DNA of 64,000 bases from Flavobacteriaceae bacterium (GTDB lineage Bacteria; Bacteroidota; Bacteroidia; Flavobacteriales; Flavobacteriaceae): positions 69,672 through 133,671 of the forward strand of contig CANGFO010000004.1 in assembly GCA_947453195.1 (NCBI GenBank), given 5' to 3'. Under the pieces are notes generated by a model, which saw only the letters and a program-made list of their open reading frames with translations, was not told the origin of the DNA and did not search any database. Below, piece after piece: positions 39,024 to 49,705 of this stretch. The position numbers and the translations under genes were made by a program. Numbering within the stretch: position 1 is the stretch's first letter; the number at the start of each line of letters is the position of its first letter.

Positions 39024-39041
39024 AAATAAAAGAAAAATAAG

Positions 39042-40460
39042 TTATAATTTAATATCTGCATACGTTACAAAAATCATCTTACCATCTGAATACCTCTTTG
39101 CAAACAACATTTTACTACTGTCTTGAAAATAAGTAAAGAATTGATTGATGTATTCTCCATATTGGTAATCTCTAAATTCAGAGTTAATGTTTAGATATAC
39201 TTTATTTTCTCTCGTGTTAAAATTAGGAGCTTGTAGCTTAAAGAAACCGCCGTTAAATCCTAAGTTTACGTAATGATCACCATGATAATTCATCAATCCA
39301 AATGAATCATTATATTCAGCATTGGTTTCGGATGCACCTAAATCTATTTTTTTCTTGAATTTACCATCCATTTCAAGTGTAATTATGCAAGAATGTCCAA
39401 AGTGATATACTGGAACGGTGAAACTTGAATTAGGAAAAGTTGGATCTGGTTTAGTTCCACCTTGAAATTTACAATCTGCAAAGAGTTGAATTTCATTATT
39501 TTGAACTGAAACATTTCTAAAAACTACTTCATTAATATCTTTAATGCTATTGAATCCGTCGATATCGTTGTTTTGTAACATTTTACCCAATTGAATATCG
39601 TACAACATTAAATACCCAAAATCACCTCGTCGAATTCCTTTTGCTGGATAATTAAAAGCTATCAAATAATCTTGAGTTCCAATAGAAATAGCAATTGGTT
39701 TTTGAAGTTTAATAGCTGCACCAAAATCTTTATTTTCGATACCATTGGTATCTACCATGGCTAATACATTGTTATAACCTACCTCTTTAACGGTTCTTAT
39801 GAAAGCAAATCTTCCTGAGTTGGTAAGTACTCTTTGATTGGTATTCGTTTCTGCTGGAAATGAAATGGTTTTTTTCCAAACTTCATTTAATGTAGTTCCA
39901 TCAAGTACGATGCAATCGCTCTCCTCAGGATCTTTTTTAGTACTATATTTTTGAAATACAATTCCAATATATTTACTATTGTCAGACCTCATTACAAAGA
40001 GATCTCCCGATTTAGAAGCTGATAAAATAGGATATTCAAATAATGTAGTTGTGGTAAAAGTCCCTGATTTTTTATCAAAAACAATTTTATCCAATTGCGC
40101 CTTTTTAGTTTTGTTTGAATATGAATGAGCAAATACTACAAACTTATCACCAGCAATTTCGTAACTTCCTTTATAAAAATGCAAAGTAAACATATCTGCT
40201 TGTGGAAAGTTTTGCGTGAAGGTATTAACCAATTGATTTTTTTGATCAAATTTTCTAATGATAACTTGATTTTGAGCTACCATCCCATCTTTATTTACAA
40301 CAGATGCTAAATAGTAATTATAGTTATCTTTCATAACTAACTGCATGTCTTGCTCTGATTTGGTATCTATATCAAATTTAGATCCCCATTCAACTTTAGA
40401 TTGTCCAATAGCCGTAGTTAATACTAAAATTGCAAGACAAGTAAATAATATATTTTTCAT
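39042..40460 (-). CDS. Secreted hypothetical protein (beta-rich)
   Basis: Signal peptide; 472 aa; no recognisable motif. Confidence 0.7.
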   Translation of the reverse strand: MKNILFTCLAILVLTTAIGQSKVEWGSKFDIDTKSEQDMQLVMKDNYNYYLASVVNKDGMVAQNQVIIRKFDQKNQLVNTFTQNFPQADMFTLHFYKGSYEIAGDKFVVFAHSYSNKTKKAQLDKIVFDKKSGTFTTTTLFEYPILSASKSGDLFVMRSDNSKYIGIVFQKYSTKKDPEESDCIVLDGTTLNEVWKKTISFPAETNTNQRVLTNSGRFAFIRTVKEVGYNNVLAMVDTNGIENKDFGAAIKLQKPIAISIGTQDYLIAFNYPAKGIRRGDFGYLMLYDIQLGKMLQNNDIDGFNSIKDINEVVFRNVSVQNNEIQLFADCKFQGGTKPDPTFPNSSFTVPVYHFGHSCIITLEMDGKFKKKIDLGASETNAEYNDSFGLMNYHGDHYVNLGFNGGFFKLQAPNFNTRENKVYLNINSEFRDYQYGEYINQFFTYFQDSSKMLFAKRYSDGKMIFVTYADIKL

Positions 40461-40482
40461 TTTAATAGTTGATTATATTTAT

Positions 40483-40514
40483 AAAAAAAGGGTAAAACAT
40501 TTTTGCTTTACCCC
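40483..40514 (-). terminator. Probable rho-independent terminator
   Basis: Minus strand gggtaaa..tttaccc followed by T7. Confidence 0.6.
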
Positions 40515-40520
40515 ATTGAT

Positions 40521-41714
40521 TTATTTTGAATTATAAATTGAAGTTTCTAGCCTTTTCAATTCATTTTCATCGTCGTAAGACAATTTCATATAGATTTGAT
40601 TTTCTTGAAATTCATTTAAGAACTTTTCAGCTTCTGTTCTTTTACCTAAAGCTAAATGCAAACGAATTAAATTAAAATACACAAACTCAGCAATTTTATT
40701 ATTAAAATCTGCTTTTTTGTCTTTGTAATCCACCTTTGTTAAAGTTTCTTTCCAAATATCAATTCCTTTTTGCATTCCGGTCAATGCAGCAGCAGTCATT
40801 TCAGGGCTTTGCGGATTTAACTTTCTTAAATTTGTTGTTACATAAATATCAGCTCTTTCTAAGTCATCAAATTTTCCTTTGTTTTTTACGCTTTGTAACT
40901 TAACAGTATTTCTTACACTTTGGTAACCAAAATTATCATTAAGATATTGATTAATGAATGCCATTACTTTATTTAAATGATTTTTTTCTTCAAGCGGTTT
41001 ATTGATATTATTTGTTGGAGCTGAAGAAATAAAAGCAAAGTCTTTAAAGAAAATGTTATTAATTTTTTCTACGCCATTAACTTTTACAACCAATTTAGTA
41101 GGTTGGTTTGCAAAAGTTTGTCCAGCGTTATCTTGAAAATTCAATTTTTGAATATCTAAATTGATATCTACATATCCACCATCGCGAGTAAATCCAGAAA
41201 TGGCAACTTGAGAAGCTAATACATTATTATCTACAATGATGTAGTCATTTAAATTAGGATCTCTATAAACCGGAGGTTGTGGTTTGTAATAAACTGGTTT
41301 TGATGGATTAACCAAACGAGGATTTTTTCCTTGGTCGGTCATTGACAAACGCTCTAATAAAGATAATTTTTTGAATTCAGCTGATTCTAATTCAAATTTT
41401 TCTTTTGCTTTAGCTACTTCTACATCATAGTCCGCTAATTTTTGCTTAAAATCTTTTTCGCTATCCGCAACCGTTTGATTGTAGTTTTTTACTTCATTTT
41501 GGAAATCAACTTTAGATTGTGCAATAACATCCTCTGTTTTTAAACTGTAAGGCGAAGTAACCGTAACTTTAAATTGTCTTGATGCTGCATCGATAGGAAA
41601 TTTAGGTGCTTTCAACATTTGAAAGTCGACCATTTCAGCAGAAACGCTTTGTGCATTAACTGATGAAACAGCAATTAACACGAATAAGGATAATAATAAT
41701 TTAGAAAATTTCAT
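40521..41714 (-). CDS. Secreted hypothetical protein with a coiled-coil insertion
   Basis: Signal peptide; helical charged segment at ~aa 60-115; TATTTTTG promoter element at 41739-41746. Confidence 0.7.
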   Translation of the reverse strand: MKFSKLLLSLFVLIAVSSVNAQSVSAEMVDFQMLKAPKFPIDAASRQFKVTVTSPYSLKTEDVIAQSKVDFQNEVKNYNQTVADSEKDFKQKLADYDVEVAKAKEKFELESAEFKKLSLLERLSMTDQGKNPRLVNPSKPVYYKPQPPVYRDPNLNDYIIVDNNVLASQVAISGFTRDGGYVDINLDIQKLNFQDNAGQTFANQPTKLVVKVNGVEKINNIFFKDFAFISSAPTNNINKPLEEKNHLNKVMAFINQYLNDNFGYQSVRNTVKLQSVKNKGKFDDLERADIYVTTNLRKLNPQSPEMTAAALTGMQKGIDIWKETLTKVDYKDKKADFNNKIAEFVYFNLIRLHLALGKRTEAEKFLNEFQENQIYMKLSYDDENELKRLETSIYNSK

Positions 41715-41787
41715 TTTTTATTGGGTTAAAAATTTTGACAAAAATAGATTTTTTTTAGTAAATAAACTATCTATAGTTATTGATTAT

Positions 41788-43815
41788 CTATAGCAATCCA
41801 CTATATTTTCTAATAAACCATTCACAAGCAAGTGTAATAGAAATTAGAATTAATAACCAGTACCAATCAATTAAAGGTGTTTTTTGAACAATTGCTTTTT
41901 CAACTGCTTTGTAATTAGGATTTTCAAGAAGATTTTTGATTAGCTCATCTACTTGATTTGGCACGTACACCATTCCTTTAGTTTGAGTTGCAAGCTGTTT
42001 TAGTTTTGGCAGATCTGGGTTAACAAATTGCTTTTCAATATCAAAATCAATGATTTCAAAAGTGCTGGAGTAATTCGAATTGGAATTCAATTCTTTAACT
42101 TGGAACGAATAGCCTCCCGGCTGCAATCCATCTAAATTGACTTTAAAATTAGAACTGGTTTTCAACAAATCATACTTTTTAACTTGCTTCGTTTTTGTAT
42201 TCGTAACAGCAATAGATAAACGTGCTTTTTCATCTAATTCATAATTTTTATTGAAATATTGAGCTGTAATCTCAATGGCATCACCCGAATTATAAAATCG
42301 CTCATGATTTACAATTAGCGATTTTCGAGAATCATTAGAAGCTAAAAACTGAATGGTTTTATCTAAAAAAACATCAAATTCTTCAAATGATTTTTTGCTA
42401 ACATAATTTTCTGCGCGCCACTTCCAAATGTTCTCTCCAAATAAGTAAGCATTTCGTTTTCCTGTAGTTTCAGAATAAGCCAATAAAGGGGCATTTGTAG
42501 CAACATTGCGAATACTTGAACTCAATAAAACAGATACATTCGGCTTTGCAGTAATAGTCCCGAATTGGTTTTCAAGAGGTGGAAAATTTTCAAAACCAAT
42601 ATTGTCCAAAGCAAATAGGTTAAAATTAGTATTGAAATTAGCTAAATAATCTTCCTTTTGGGAAGACATTTTGAATTCAAAATCGGATTGATATTGATTT
42701 AAGAAATTAAAGTCGGTTTTGTTTCCCGTAATAATAAAGGTGTTGATTTTAAAGTTTTTATTTGCTTCAAAAATCGATTTAAATTCAGCATTAGGTTGGT
42801 ATAAAACAAGTACATTGTAATTTACTAAAGAATTAATTTGACCTGGTTTAAGTATAGTTACTTTACGTTGTGCGTTTGTTTCAATTGCTCTTTTAATGGC
42901 GCCTAAATCAGGATGGTTAATTGCAGAAATTAAAGCTATTTCCGATTTTTGATCAATAACTTCAACTGCAAATTTCTTTACATTATTATAGGTGTTTTTT
43001 TCATTTTCAGGTGAGGTTATTTTTGCATTTAAAACGTGTACTCCTGTTTTATCTGCCGGTAACAAAACATTTATAATCTCCGATTTTTTATTTGGAGAAA
43101 ATGTAATATTCTGACTTGTATAAGTTTCATTTCCTTGAGAAATAGTGAATTTAGCATTCACTGATTTGGTTCCCGCATATTGTAAAAATACTTCAACTGG
43201 AAATTTATTTTTGTGAAACGCGTATTTATTTACATTAATCGTATTTATTTTTAAATCCAAATAAGTTGTGGTGTCTCCTACTACCAATGGATAAACTTTG
43301 TTATTAGAATCAAAACTAAAAACATAATCCGAGCCTGAAGTTTGATTTCCATCCGTAATTAATACTGTAGGAAAAGTCCTATTTTTAAATAGGTTTTTTA
43401 AATTAGTTGCAACAAGATCAATTTTTGTTTCTTTTCCTTTAAAATTGAATTCATCAATAGATTGAAATTCCGAATCAAAACCAAAAGATTGTACTTCAAA
43501 TTTTTGTTTTAAATCTGAATTGGATATTAGTTTTTCATAAACCTCTTTTGCATTTGCAACAGCTTTTAAGTCGGTTATAGAAGCCGAATTATCAACTACA
43601 ATTGGAAGTGGTGTTTTAATTGTTTCAAATGTACTTCTTGTAATTATTGGGTTAATCAATAATAACAATATTCCAAATACCGTTGTAAAACGTAAAAAAG
43701 CCAAAAGGTTTGTCCTACTAGACTTACTCTTGGCTTTATAAAAATATTGAAAATAAGATAATCCACTTGCTATTACTACAGAAAGGAGAACTAATAAAAT
43801 AGTGGAAGTATTCAT
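41788..43815 (-). CDS. VWA-domain membrane protein (conserved Bacteroidota type)
   Basis: Two N-terminal TM helices, VVDNSAS and LITDGN MIDAS-like motifs, C-terminal TM with EWFIRK. Confidence 0.8.
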   Translation of the reverse strand: MNTSTILLVLLSVVIASGLSYFQYFYKAKSKSSRTNLLAFLRFTTVFGILLLLINPIITRSTFETIKTPLPIVVDNSASITDLKAVANAKEVYEKLISNSDLKQKFEVQSFGFDSEFQSIDEFNFKGKETKIDLVATNLKNLFKNRTFPTVLITDGNQTSGSDYVFSFDSNNKVYPLVVGDTTTYLDLKINTINVNKYAFHKNKFPVEVFLQYAGTKSVNAKFTISQGNETYTSQNITFSPNKKSEIINVLLPADKTGVHVLNAKITSPENEKNTYNNVKKFAVEVIDQKSEIALISAINHPDLGAIKRAIETNAQRKVTILKPGQINSLVNYNVLVLYQPNAEFKSIFEANKNFKINTFIITGNKTDFNFLNQYQSDFEFKMSSQKEDYLANFNTNFNLFALDNIGFENFPPLENQFGTITAKPNVSVLLSSSIRNVATNAPLLAYSETTGKRNAYLFGENIWKWRAENYVSKKSFEEFDVFLDKTIQFLASNDSRKSLIVNHERFYNSGDAIEITAQYFNKNYELDEKARLSIAVTNTKTKQVKKYDLLKTSSNFKVNLDGLQPGGYSFQVKELNSNSNYSSTFEIIDFDIEKQFVNPDLPKLKQLATQTKGMVYVPNQVDELIKNLLENPNYKAVEKAIVQKTPLIDWYWLLILISITLACEWFIRKYSGLL

Positions 43816-43858
43816 TATTTGGTTTATTTCAAAATTCTGTTTGTACTAATTGCAACGA

Positions 43859-44605
43859 TTAAGTTAACATTCCACCACAAACATTTAATACTTGTCCTGA
43901 AACATAGGCACTCATATCTGAAGCGAAATACAAACAAGCGTTGGCAACATCTTCTGGAGTTCCTCCTCTTTTTAATGGAATAGAATCTCTCCAGCCTTGT
44001 ACCACATCCGCATTTAATTTTGCCGTCATTTCTGTTTCAATAAAACCCGGAGCAATTGCATTGCAACGAATATTTCTTGATCCTAATTCTAAAGCAATTG
44101 ATTTGGTAAAACCAATCATACCGGCTTTTGAAGCTGAGTAATTTGCTTGACCCGCATTACCCTTCACTCCTACCACGCTACTCATGTTGACAATGGATCC
44201 ACTGCGGTTTTTCAACATGATTTTTTGAACTGCTTTGGTCATATTAAATACCGACTTCAAATTGATTTCAATAACTTTATCAAAATCTTCCTCGCTCATT
44301 CGCATTAATAAGTTATCCTTAGTGATTCCAGCATTGTTAATTAATATATCTACTGTTCCAAAATCTTCTAATACGGCATCAACTAATTGTTGCGCTTCAT
44401 TAAAATCGGCAGCATTTGATTTGTATCCTTTAGCTTTAATACCTAAAGCGTTTAAATCATTTTCTAAAGCCATAGCAGATTCTGCAGACGAACTATAGGT
44501 AAAAGCAACATTTGCTCCATGTTGAGCAAAAACTTTTGCTATTCCACTTCCAATTCCTCGACTTGCACCGGTAATTATGGCGACTTTTCCTTCCAATAAT
44601 TTCAT
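43859..44605 (-). CDS. fabG: 3-oxoacyl-ACP reductase
   Basis: TGASRGIG, NNAGITKD, YSASKAG and APGFIET. Confidence 0.96.
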   Translation of the reverse strand: MKLLEGKVAIITGASRGIGSGIAKVFAQHGANVAFTYSSSAESAMALENDLNALGIKAKGYKSNAADFNEAQQLVDAVLEDFGTVDILINNAGITKDNLLMRMSEEDFDKVIEINLKSVFNMTKAVQKIMLKNRSGSIVNMSSVVGVKGNAGQANYSASKAGMIGFTKSIALELGSRNIRCNAIAPGFIETEMTAKLNADVVQGWRDSIPLKRGGTPEDVANACLYFASDMSAYVSGQVLNVCGGMLT

Positions 44606-44639
44606 ATGAATAATAGTATTTATTTTGTTTATTGAATTG

Positions 44640-44647
44640 CAAATATA
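44640..44647 (-). promoter_or_regulatory. -7 promoter element for fabG
   Basis: Minus strand TATATTTG. Confidence 0.65.
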
Positions 44648-44737
44648 TGAAATACAATTTAAGTTAGAAGCGTTGAAATTTCTATAATATTAAAATCATT
44701 ATAGGTAATTTATTATATTTACATAAATTAAATTATT

Positions 44738-45925
44738 ATGAAACTAGTCAAATTAATTGGATTAACTATTACGGGAATAATTTTAACTTCGTGTAATAAA
44801 TCAGACGACTCTTACCAAGACATAAAATACCCAAATGTAAAAGCAACTTTTGGAACGGCAATAGATTTGGATAATTTATTAAATTATCAAGGTCAAACAG
44901 TGCCCGCCTATATTACAAAAGACAATACAACTATTGGAAATTCGATAACCGATAAAGGGGCTACGCTAGGAAGGGTTTTGTTTTATGATAAAAAACTTTC
45001 TGTAAACAATGCCATTTCTTGTTCATCTTGTCATCAACAAGCCAATGCTTTTAGTGATACCGCAGTTGCTAGTGTTGGATCAAACGGAAGCACAGCAAGA
45101 CATTCCATGCGATTAATAAATTCAAGATTTGCATCAGAATTTAAATTCTTTTGGGATGAAAGAGCCACTTCATTAGAAATGCAAACTACAATGCCTATAA
45201 AAAATCATGAAGAAATGGGTTACAGTGGCCTAAATGGTGACCAAAGTATTACAGATTTAGTAGCGAAGTTAAGTGGTTTGGGCTATTACAAAGAGCTATT
45301 TAAATTTGTATATGGCTCTGAAGAAATAACAGAAACAAAAATCCAATTAGCCTTAGCTCAATTTGTTAAAAGTATTCAGTCTTTTGATTCTAAATATGAT
45401 GTTGGTCGAAGTCAAGTTGCAAGTGATACTGATCCTTTTCCTAATTTCACAACAGAAGAAAACGATGGAAAAAATCTTTTTATGACAATTCCCGTTTTTG
45501 ATAATACTGGAAATAGAATTTCGGGTGGTATTGGATGTGGTCAATGCCACAAAGCTCCAGAATTTGATATTTCTGTAAATTCGCACAATAATGGAATTAT
45601 TGGTAAATTAACAGGTACCGGAATAGATATCACGATAACAAGAGCTCCAACATTAAGAAATCTAGTGAAACTTAATGGGGATCTTAATTCACCAATGATG
45701 CATACCGGGCAATTCACTTCATTACAACAAGTTATTGGCCATTATGGAACAATTAATGTAGCTCCAGGAAACACTAATTTAGATCAGAAATTAAATCCAA
45801 CTGGAACAGGTCAGCAACTTCATTTAACAGCTCCCGAAGTGAATTCGGTTATTGCTTTTATCAAATCATTATCTGGTTCGGCAGTGTATACAGATGTACG
45901 ATGGTCAAATCCGTTTCCTAATTAA
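44738..45925 (+). CDS. Di-haem cytochrome c peroxidase/MauG-family lipoprotein
   Basis: Lipobox LTSC; GRVLFYDKKLS; CSSCH and CGQCH haem motifs; FWDERA; PTLRN; PMMHTG. Confidence 0.9.
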   Translation: MKLVKLIGLTITGIILTSCNKSDDSYQDIKYPNVKATFGTAIDLDNLLNYQGQTVPAYITKDNTTIGNSITDKGATLGRVLFYDKKLSVNNAISCSSCHQQANAFSDTAVASVGSNGSTARHSMRLINSRFASEFKFFWDERATSLEMQTTMPIKNHEEMGYSGLNGDQSITDLVAKLSGLGYYKELFKFVYGSEEITETKIQLALAQFVKSIQSFDSKYDVGRSQVASDTDPFPNFTTEENDGKNLFMTIPVFDNTGNRISGGIGCGQCHKAPEFDISVNSHNNGIIGKLTGTGIDITITRAPTLRNLVKLNGDLNSPMMHTGQFTSLQQVIGHYGTINVAPGNTNLDQKLNPTGTGQQLHLTAPEVNSVIAFIKSLSGSAVYTDVRWSNPFPN

Positions 45926-45933
45926 TATCAAAC

Positions 45934-45964
45934 AAAAAGCCCTACAAATTGTAGGGCTTTTTTT
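45934..45964. terminator. Bidirectional rho-independent terminator
   Basis: aaaaagccctaca-aat-tgtagggctttttttt between convergent genes. Confidence 0.85.
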
Positions 45965-45983
45965 ATAACTATAAGATATTAGT

Positions 45984-46856
45984 TTATCCTAATACTTCTT
46001 TTACTTTTTTACCTATTTCTGCTGGAGAATCTACTACGTGAATTCCACATTCTCTCATGATACGTTTTTTAGCTTCAGCAGTATCATCAGCTCCACCAAC
46101 AATTGCACCAGCGTGACCCATTGTACGACCTTTAGGAGCAGTTTCACCAGCAATGAACCCAACAACTGGTTTGCGGTTTCCATCTGCTTTTATCCATTTT
46201 GCAGCATCAGCTTCTAGTTGCCCTCCAATTTCACCAATCATTACGATGCAATTTGTTTCTGGATCATTCATTAATAATTCAACTGCTTGTTTCGTTGTTG
46301 TTCCAATAATTGGATCACCACCAATACCAATCGCAGTTGTAATTCCTAATCCTTGTTTTACCACTTGATCTGCAGCTTCATAAGTTAAAGTACCCGATTT
46401 AGATACAATACCAACTGATCCTTTTTTGAAAACAAAACCTGGCATAATACCCACTTTTGCTTCACCTGGTGTAATTACACCTGGACAGTTAGGTCCAATT
46501 AATCTACAATTTCTATCTTTAATATAATCATACGCTTTAATCATATCAGCAACAGGAATACCTTCAGTAATACAAATGATTACTTTAATTCCTGCATCGG
46601 CAGCTTCCATAATAGCATCGGCAGCAAAAGCTGGCGGAACAAAAATAATTGTAGTATCGGCTCCTGCTTTAACCACTGCATCTTTTACCGTATTAAATAC
46701 GGGACGGTCTAAATGTATAGATCCTCCTTTTCCTGGAGTAACTCCACCAACTACATTAGTTCCGTATTCGATCATTTGCTGTGCGTGAAAAGTTCCTTCA
46801 CTTCCAGTAAACCCTTGAACAATTATTTTTGAATCTTTATTAACTAAAACGCTCAT
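45984..46856 (-). CDS. sucD: Succinyl-CoA synthetase alpha subunit
   Basis: [30 protein letters not shown] and MGHAGA; TACTTTTG promoter element at 46893-46900. Confidence 0.97.
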   Translation of the reverse strand: MSVLVNKDSKIIVQGFTGSEGTFHAQQMIEYGTNVVGGVTPGKGGSIHLDRPVFNTVKDAVVKAGADTTIIFVPPAFAADAIMEAADAGIKVIICITEGIPVADMIKAYDYIKDRNCRLIGPNCPGVITPGEAKVGIMPGFVFKKGSVGIVSKSGTLTYEAADQVVKQGLGITTAIGIGGDPIIGTTTKQAVELLMNDPETNCIVMIGEIGGQLEADAAKWIKADGNRKPVVGFIAGETAPKGRTMGHAGAIVGGADDTAEAKKRIMRECGIHVVDSPAEIGKKVKEVLG

Positions 46857-46953
46857 GATAGATATATTATATTGTTTTTATTTTTTGTGTTGCAAAAGTA
46901 TAAAATAGTAATTAGTTTTTTAATTAAAATTTGCTAAATTTCTATATATACTA

Positions 46954-47316
46954 TTAATTAAATTGGCTCATTTGATAGCCTCTATATAATTTGTCGTCTT
47001 TAATTTCCCAAATGACAAAAAAATGCGCTAATAGCATTTCTTCCCTTGGATTTTCAAATGTTTTAACAAAATGTGAATAACGTACCGAAACCATTTGATC
47101 TTCGGCAATAATATGGGTAATTCTCATTTTTGAGCGAACATAGGCTTTGCTTAAATCCGCAGTTAAACTTAATACATCCTCGCGATTCATTTGTACAAAT
47201 CCTTTACTGCTGTTCCATTCAATAATTAAGTCGGGATGTAAAAATTCATTTACTTCTGATTGATTTAATAATAAATCATTTTTATAAAAATCTAAAACTA
47301 ATTCTTTTGGTGTCAT
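46954..47316 (-). CDS. NTF2/SnoaL-like protein
   Basis: LHPD, HIIAEDQMVSVRY and WEIKDDKL. Confidence 0.75.
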   Translation of the reverse strand: MTPKELVLDFYKNDLLLNQSEVNEFLHPDLIIEWNSSKGFVQMNREDVLSLTADLSKAYVRSKMRITHIIAEDQMVSVRYSHFVKTFENPREEMLLAHFFVIWEIKDDKLYRGYQMSQFN

Positions 47317-47318
47317 AC

Positions 47319-48245
47319 TTAAGATTTTTTTAGAAGTTCGGGAATGCGTTTAATATTTGCTAATTGCTTTAATTTTTCTCTAGATTCTTCAATTGGAGTT
47401 CCGAAATAAGATTTTCCACCTTCAACTGATTTTGTTACTCCAGTTTGACCTAAGATAACTGCCTTTGCACCTATTGTAATTCCGCTTGTAGTTCCTACTT
47501 GGCCCCACAAAGTAACTTCATCTTCAATGATTACACAACCAGCAATACCAGTTTGTGCAGCAATTAAACATTTTTTTCCAATTAGGGTGTCGTGCCCCAC
47601 ATGAACTTGGTTGTCGATTTTAGTTCCAGCACCAATAGTTGTATCGCCTGTAACCCCTTTATCAATTGTACAAAGAGCCCCAATTCCAACATTATCTTCT
47701 ATAACCACTCTTCCACCTGACAGAAGTTGATCAAATCCTTCTTCTCTTTTTTTGTAATAAAAAGCGTCTGCTCCTAGAATAGTTCCTGCTTGAATGATAA
47801 CATTATCTCCAATAACACAATTATCATAAATAGAAACATTGGCATGAAGGATGCAATTTTTACCAATATTTACATTGTGACCAATAAAACAATTTGGCTG
47901 AATTACAGTTCCCTCACCGATCACTGCAGATTCTGAAATAGAAACATTTGCAGAAAGAAATGGTCTAAAATGTTTAGTAAGTTTATTGAAATCTCTAAAG
48001 GGATCATCTGAAATAAGCAGTGCTTTTCCTTCCGGACAAGCAACTTCTTTGTTAATCAATACTATTGTAGCAGCAGATTGAAGTGCCTTATCGTAATATT
48101 TTGGATGATCTACAAATACAATATCACCTTCTGTTACCACATGGATTTCATTCATACCATAAACTGGAAAATCGGATGCTCCAACATAAGAACATCCAAT
48201 TATTCCGGCAATATCATTAAGCTTTTGTGGTTTAGTAAATTTCAT
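47319..48245 (-). CDS. Second LpxD-like hexapeptide-repeat acyltransferase
   Basis: LpxD N-terminal domain plus left-handed beta-helix; IDKG, KIDNQVHVGHD. Confidence 0.85.
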   Translation of the reverse strand: MKFTKPQKLNDIAGIIGCSYVGASDFPVYGMNEIHVVTEGDIVFVDHPKYYDKALQSAATIVLINKEVACPEGKALLISDDPFRDFNKLTKHFRPFLSANVSISESAVIGEGTVIQPNCFIGHNVNIGKNCILHANVSIYDNCVIGDNVIIQAGTILGADAFYYKKREEGFDQLLSGGRVVIEDNVGIGALCTIDKGVTGDTTIGAGTKIDNQVHVGHDTLIGKKCLIAAQTGIAGCVIIEDEVTLWGQVGTTSGITIGAKAVILGQTGVTKSVEGGKSYFGTPIEESREKLKQLANIKRIPELLKKS

Positions 48246-48256
48246 TTAAAAGAAAT

Positions 48257-48823
48257 TTATTCTTTAACACGCTCCATGTAAGAACCTGTAGCGGTGTCAA
48301 TTTTAATTTTATCACCTTCGTTAATGAATAAAGGTACGTTTACTGAAGCTCCAGTTTCTACTTTGGCTGGTTTTGTAGCATTAGTAGCTGTATTTCCTTT
48401 TACTCCTGGTTCTGCATAAGTCACTTCCAAAACGATTGAAGCTGGCATATCTACAGAAAGAGGCATATCCGTTTCAGTGTTTATTTGAACCATTACTAGC
48501 GTTCCTTCTTTTAATAAATCTGGAGCGTCTAAGATTTTTTTATCTAATGTTATTTGCTCGTAAGATTCTGTATTCATGAAATGAAACTGATCACCTTCAT
48601 TATATAAATATTGAAAAGTTTGAGTTTCAACACGAATGTCTTCAATTTTATGACCCGCAGAAAAAGTATTATCTAATACTTTTCCGTTAGTTAAGCTTTT
48701 TAATTTTGTTCTAACAAAAGCGGGGCCTTTACCAGGTTTAACATGAAGAAATTCGATGATTTTATAAATATCGTGATTGAATTTAATACATAATCCGTTT
48801 CTAATATCTGATGTAGATGCCAT
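48257..48823 (-). CDS. efp: Elongation factor P
   Basis: HVKPGKGPAF, PGVKGNT and VPLFINEG. Confidence 0.97.
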   Translation of the reverse strand: MASTSDIRNGLCIKFNHDIYKIIEFLHVKPGKGPAFVRTKLKSLTNGKVLDNTFSAGHKIEDIRVETQTFQYLYNEGDQFHFMNTESYEQITLDKKILDAPDLLKEGTLVMVQINTETDMPLSVDMPASIVLEVTYAEPGVKGNTATNATKPAKVETGASVNVPLFINEGDKIKIDTATGSYMERVKE

Positions 48824-48856
48824 TTTTATATTTGTTTATTGTTAATTGTTGTTTTT

Positions 48857-49642
48857 TTAATATCCTCCAGAATAGCCTTTCATGATTCCACGAGAGGAAT
48901 TTCTTATAAAGTCTAATATCTCGTCACGCTCAGGAGATGCAGCCATTTCCGCTTCTATAATTCCCACTGCTTGCGAAGTATTGTAATTTTTTTGGTACAA
49001 AATTCTATAGATATCTTGAATTTCTCTAATTTTTTCTGAAGTAAATCCTCTTCTTCTCAAACCAACCGAATTGATTCCAACATAAGATAAAGGTTCTTTA
49101 GCCGCTTTAGTATAAGGAGGTACATCTTTTCGAACCAATGATCCACCAGAAATCATTGCGTGATCTCCAACATGAATAAATTGATGTAATGCAGCTAATC
49201 CACCAATTATGGCATAATTACCTACAATAACATGTCCTGCAAGTGCCACACCATTTACAATGATAGCATTATCTCCAATGTGACAATCGTGAGCAATATG
49301 GGCTGTTGCCATAATCAAACAGTTGTTTCCAATTTTAGTTTGACCAGATGCAATAGTTCCTCTGTTAATTGTAACACATTCTCTTACGGTTGTATTGTCT
49401 CCAATAATTGCAAGTGAATCTTCACCACCAAATTTTAAATCTTGAGGTACTGCAGAAATAACTGCTCCAGGAAAAATATTACAATTTTTTCCAATACGAG
49501 CGCCTTCCATAATGGTTACATTTGAACCGATCCAAGTTCCTTCTCCAATTTCTACATTGTTATGAATGGTTGTAAAAGGTTCAATTACAACATTCTTAGC
49601 GATTTTGGCGCCGGGATGAACATAGGCTAATGGTTGATTCAT
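48857..49642 (-). CDS. lpxA: UDP-N-acetylglucosamine acyltransferase
   Basis: PQDLKF, RECVTINRGT and HIAHDC. Confidence 0.96.
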   Translation of the reverse strand: MNQPLAYVHPGAKIAKNVVIEPFTTIHNNVEIGEGTWIGSNVTIMEGARIGKNCNIFPGAVISAVPQDLKFGGEDSLAIIGDNTTVRECVTINRGTIASGQTKIGNNCLIMATAHIAHDCHIGDNAIIVNGVALAGHVIVGNYAIIGGLAALHQFIHVGDHAMISGGSLVRKDVPPYTKAAKEPLSYVGINSVGLRRRGFTSEKIREIQDIYRILYQKNYNTSQAVGIIEAEMAASPERDEILDFIRNSSRGIMKGYSGGY

Positions 49643-49705
49643 ATTGTATTAAATTTTTGGTAAATGTAATAGGTATTTTTTATTTAAAATAATTGCCTTC
49701 TAAAT

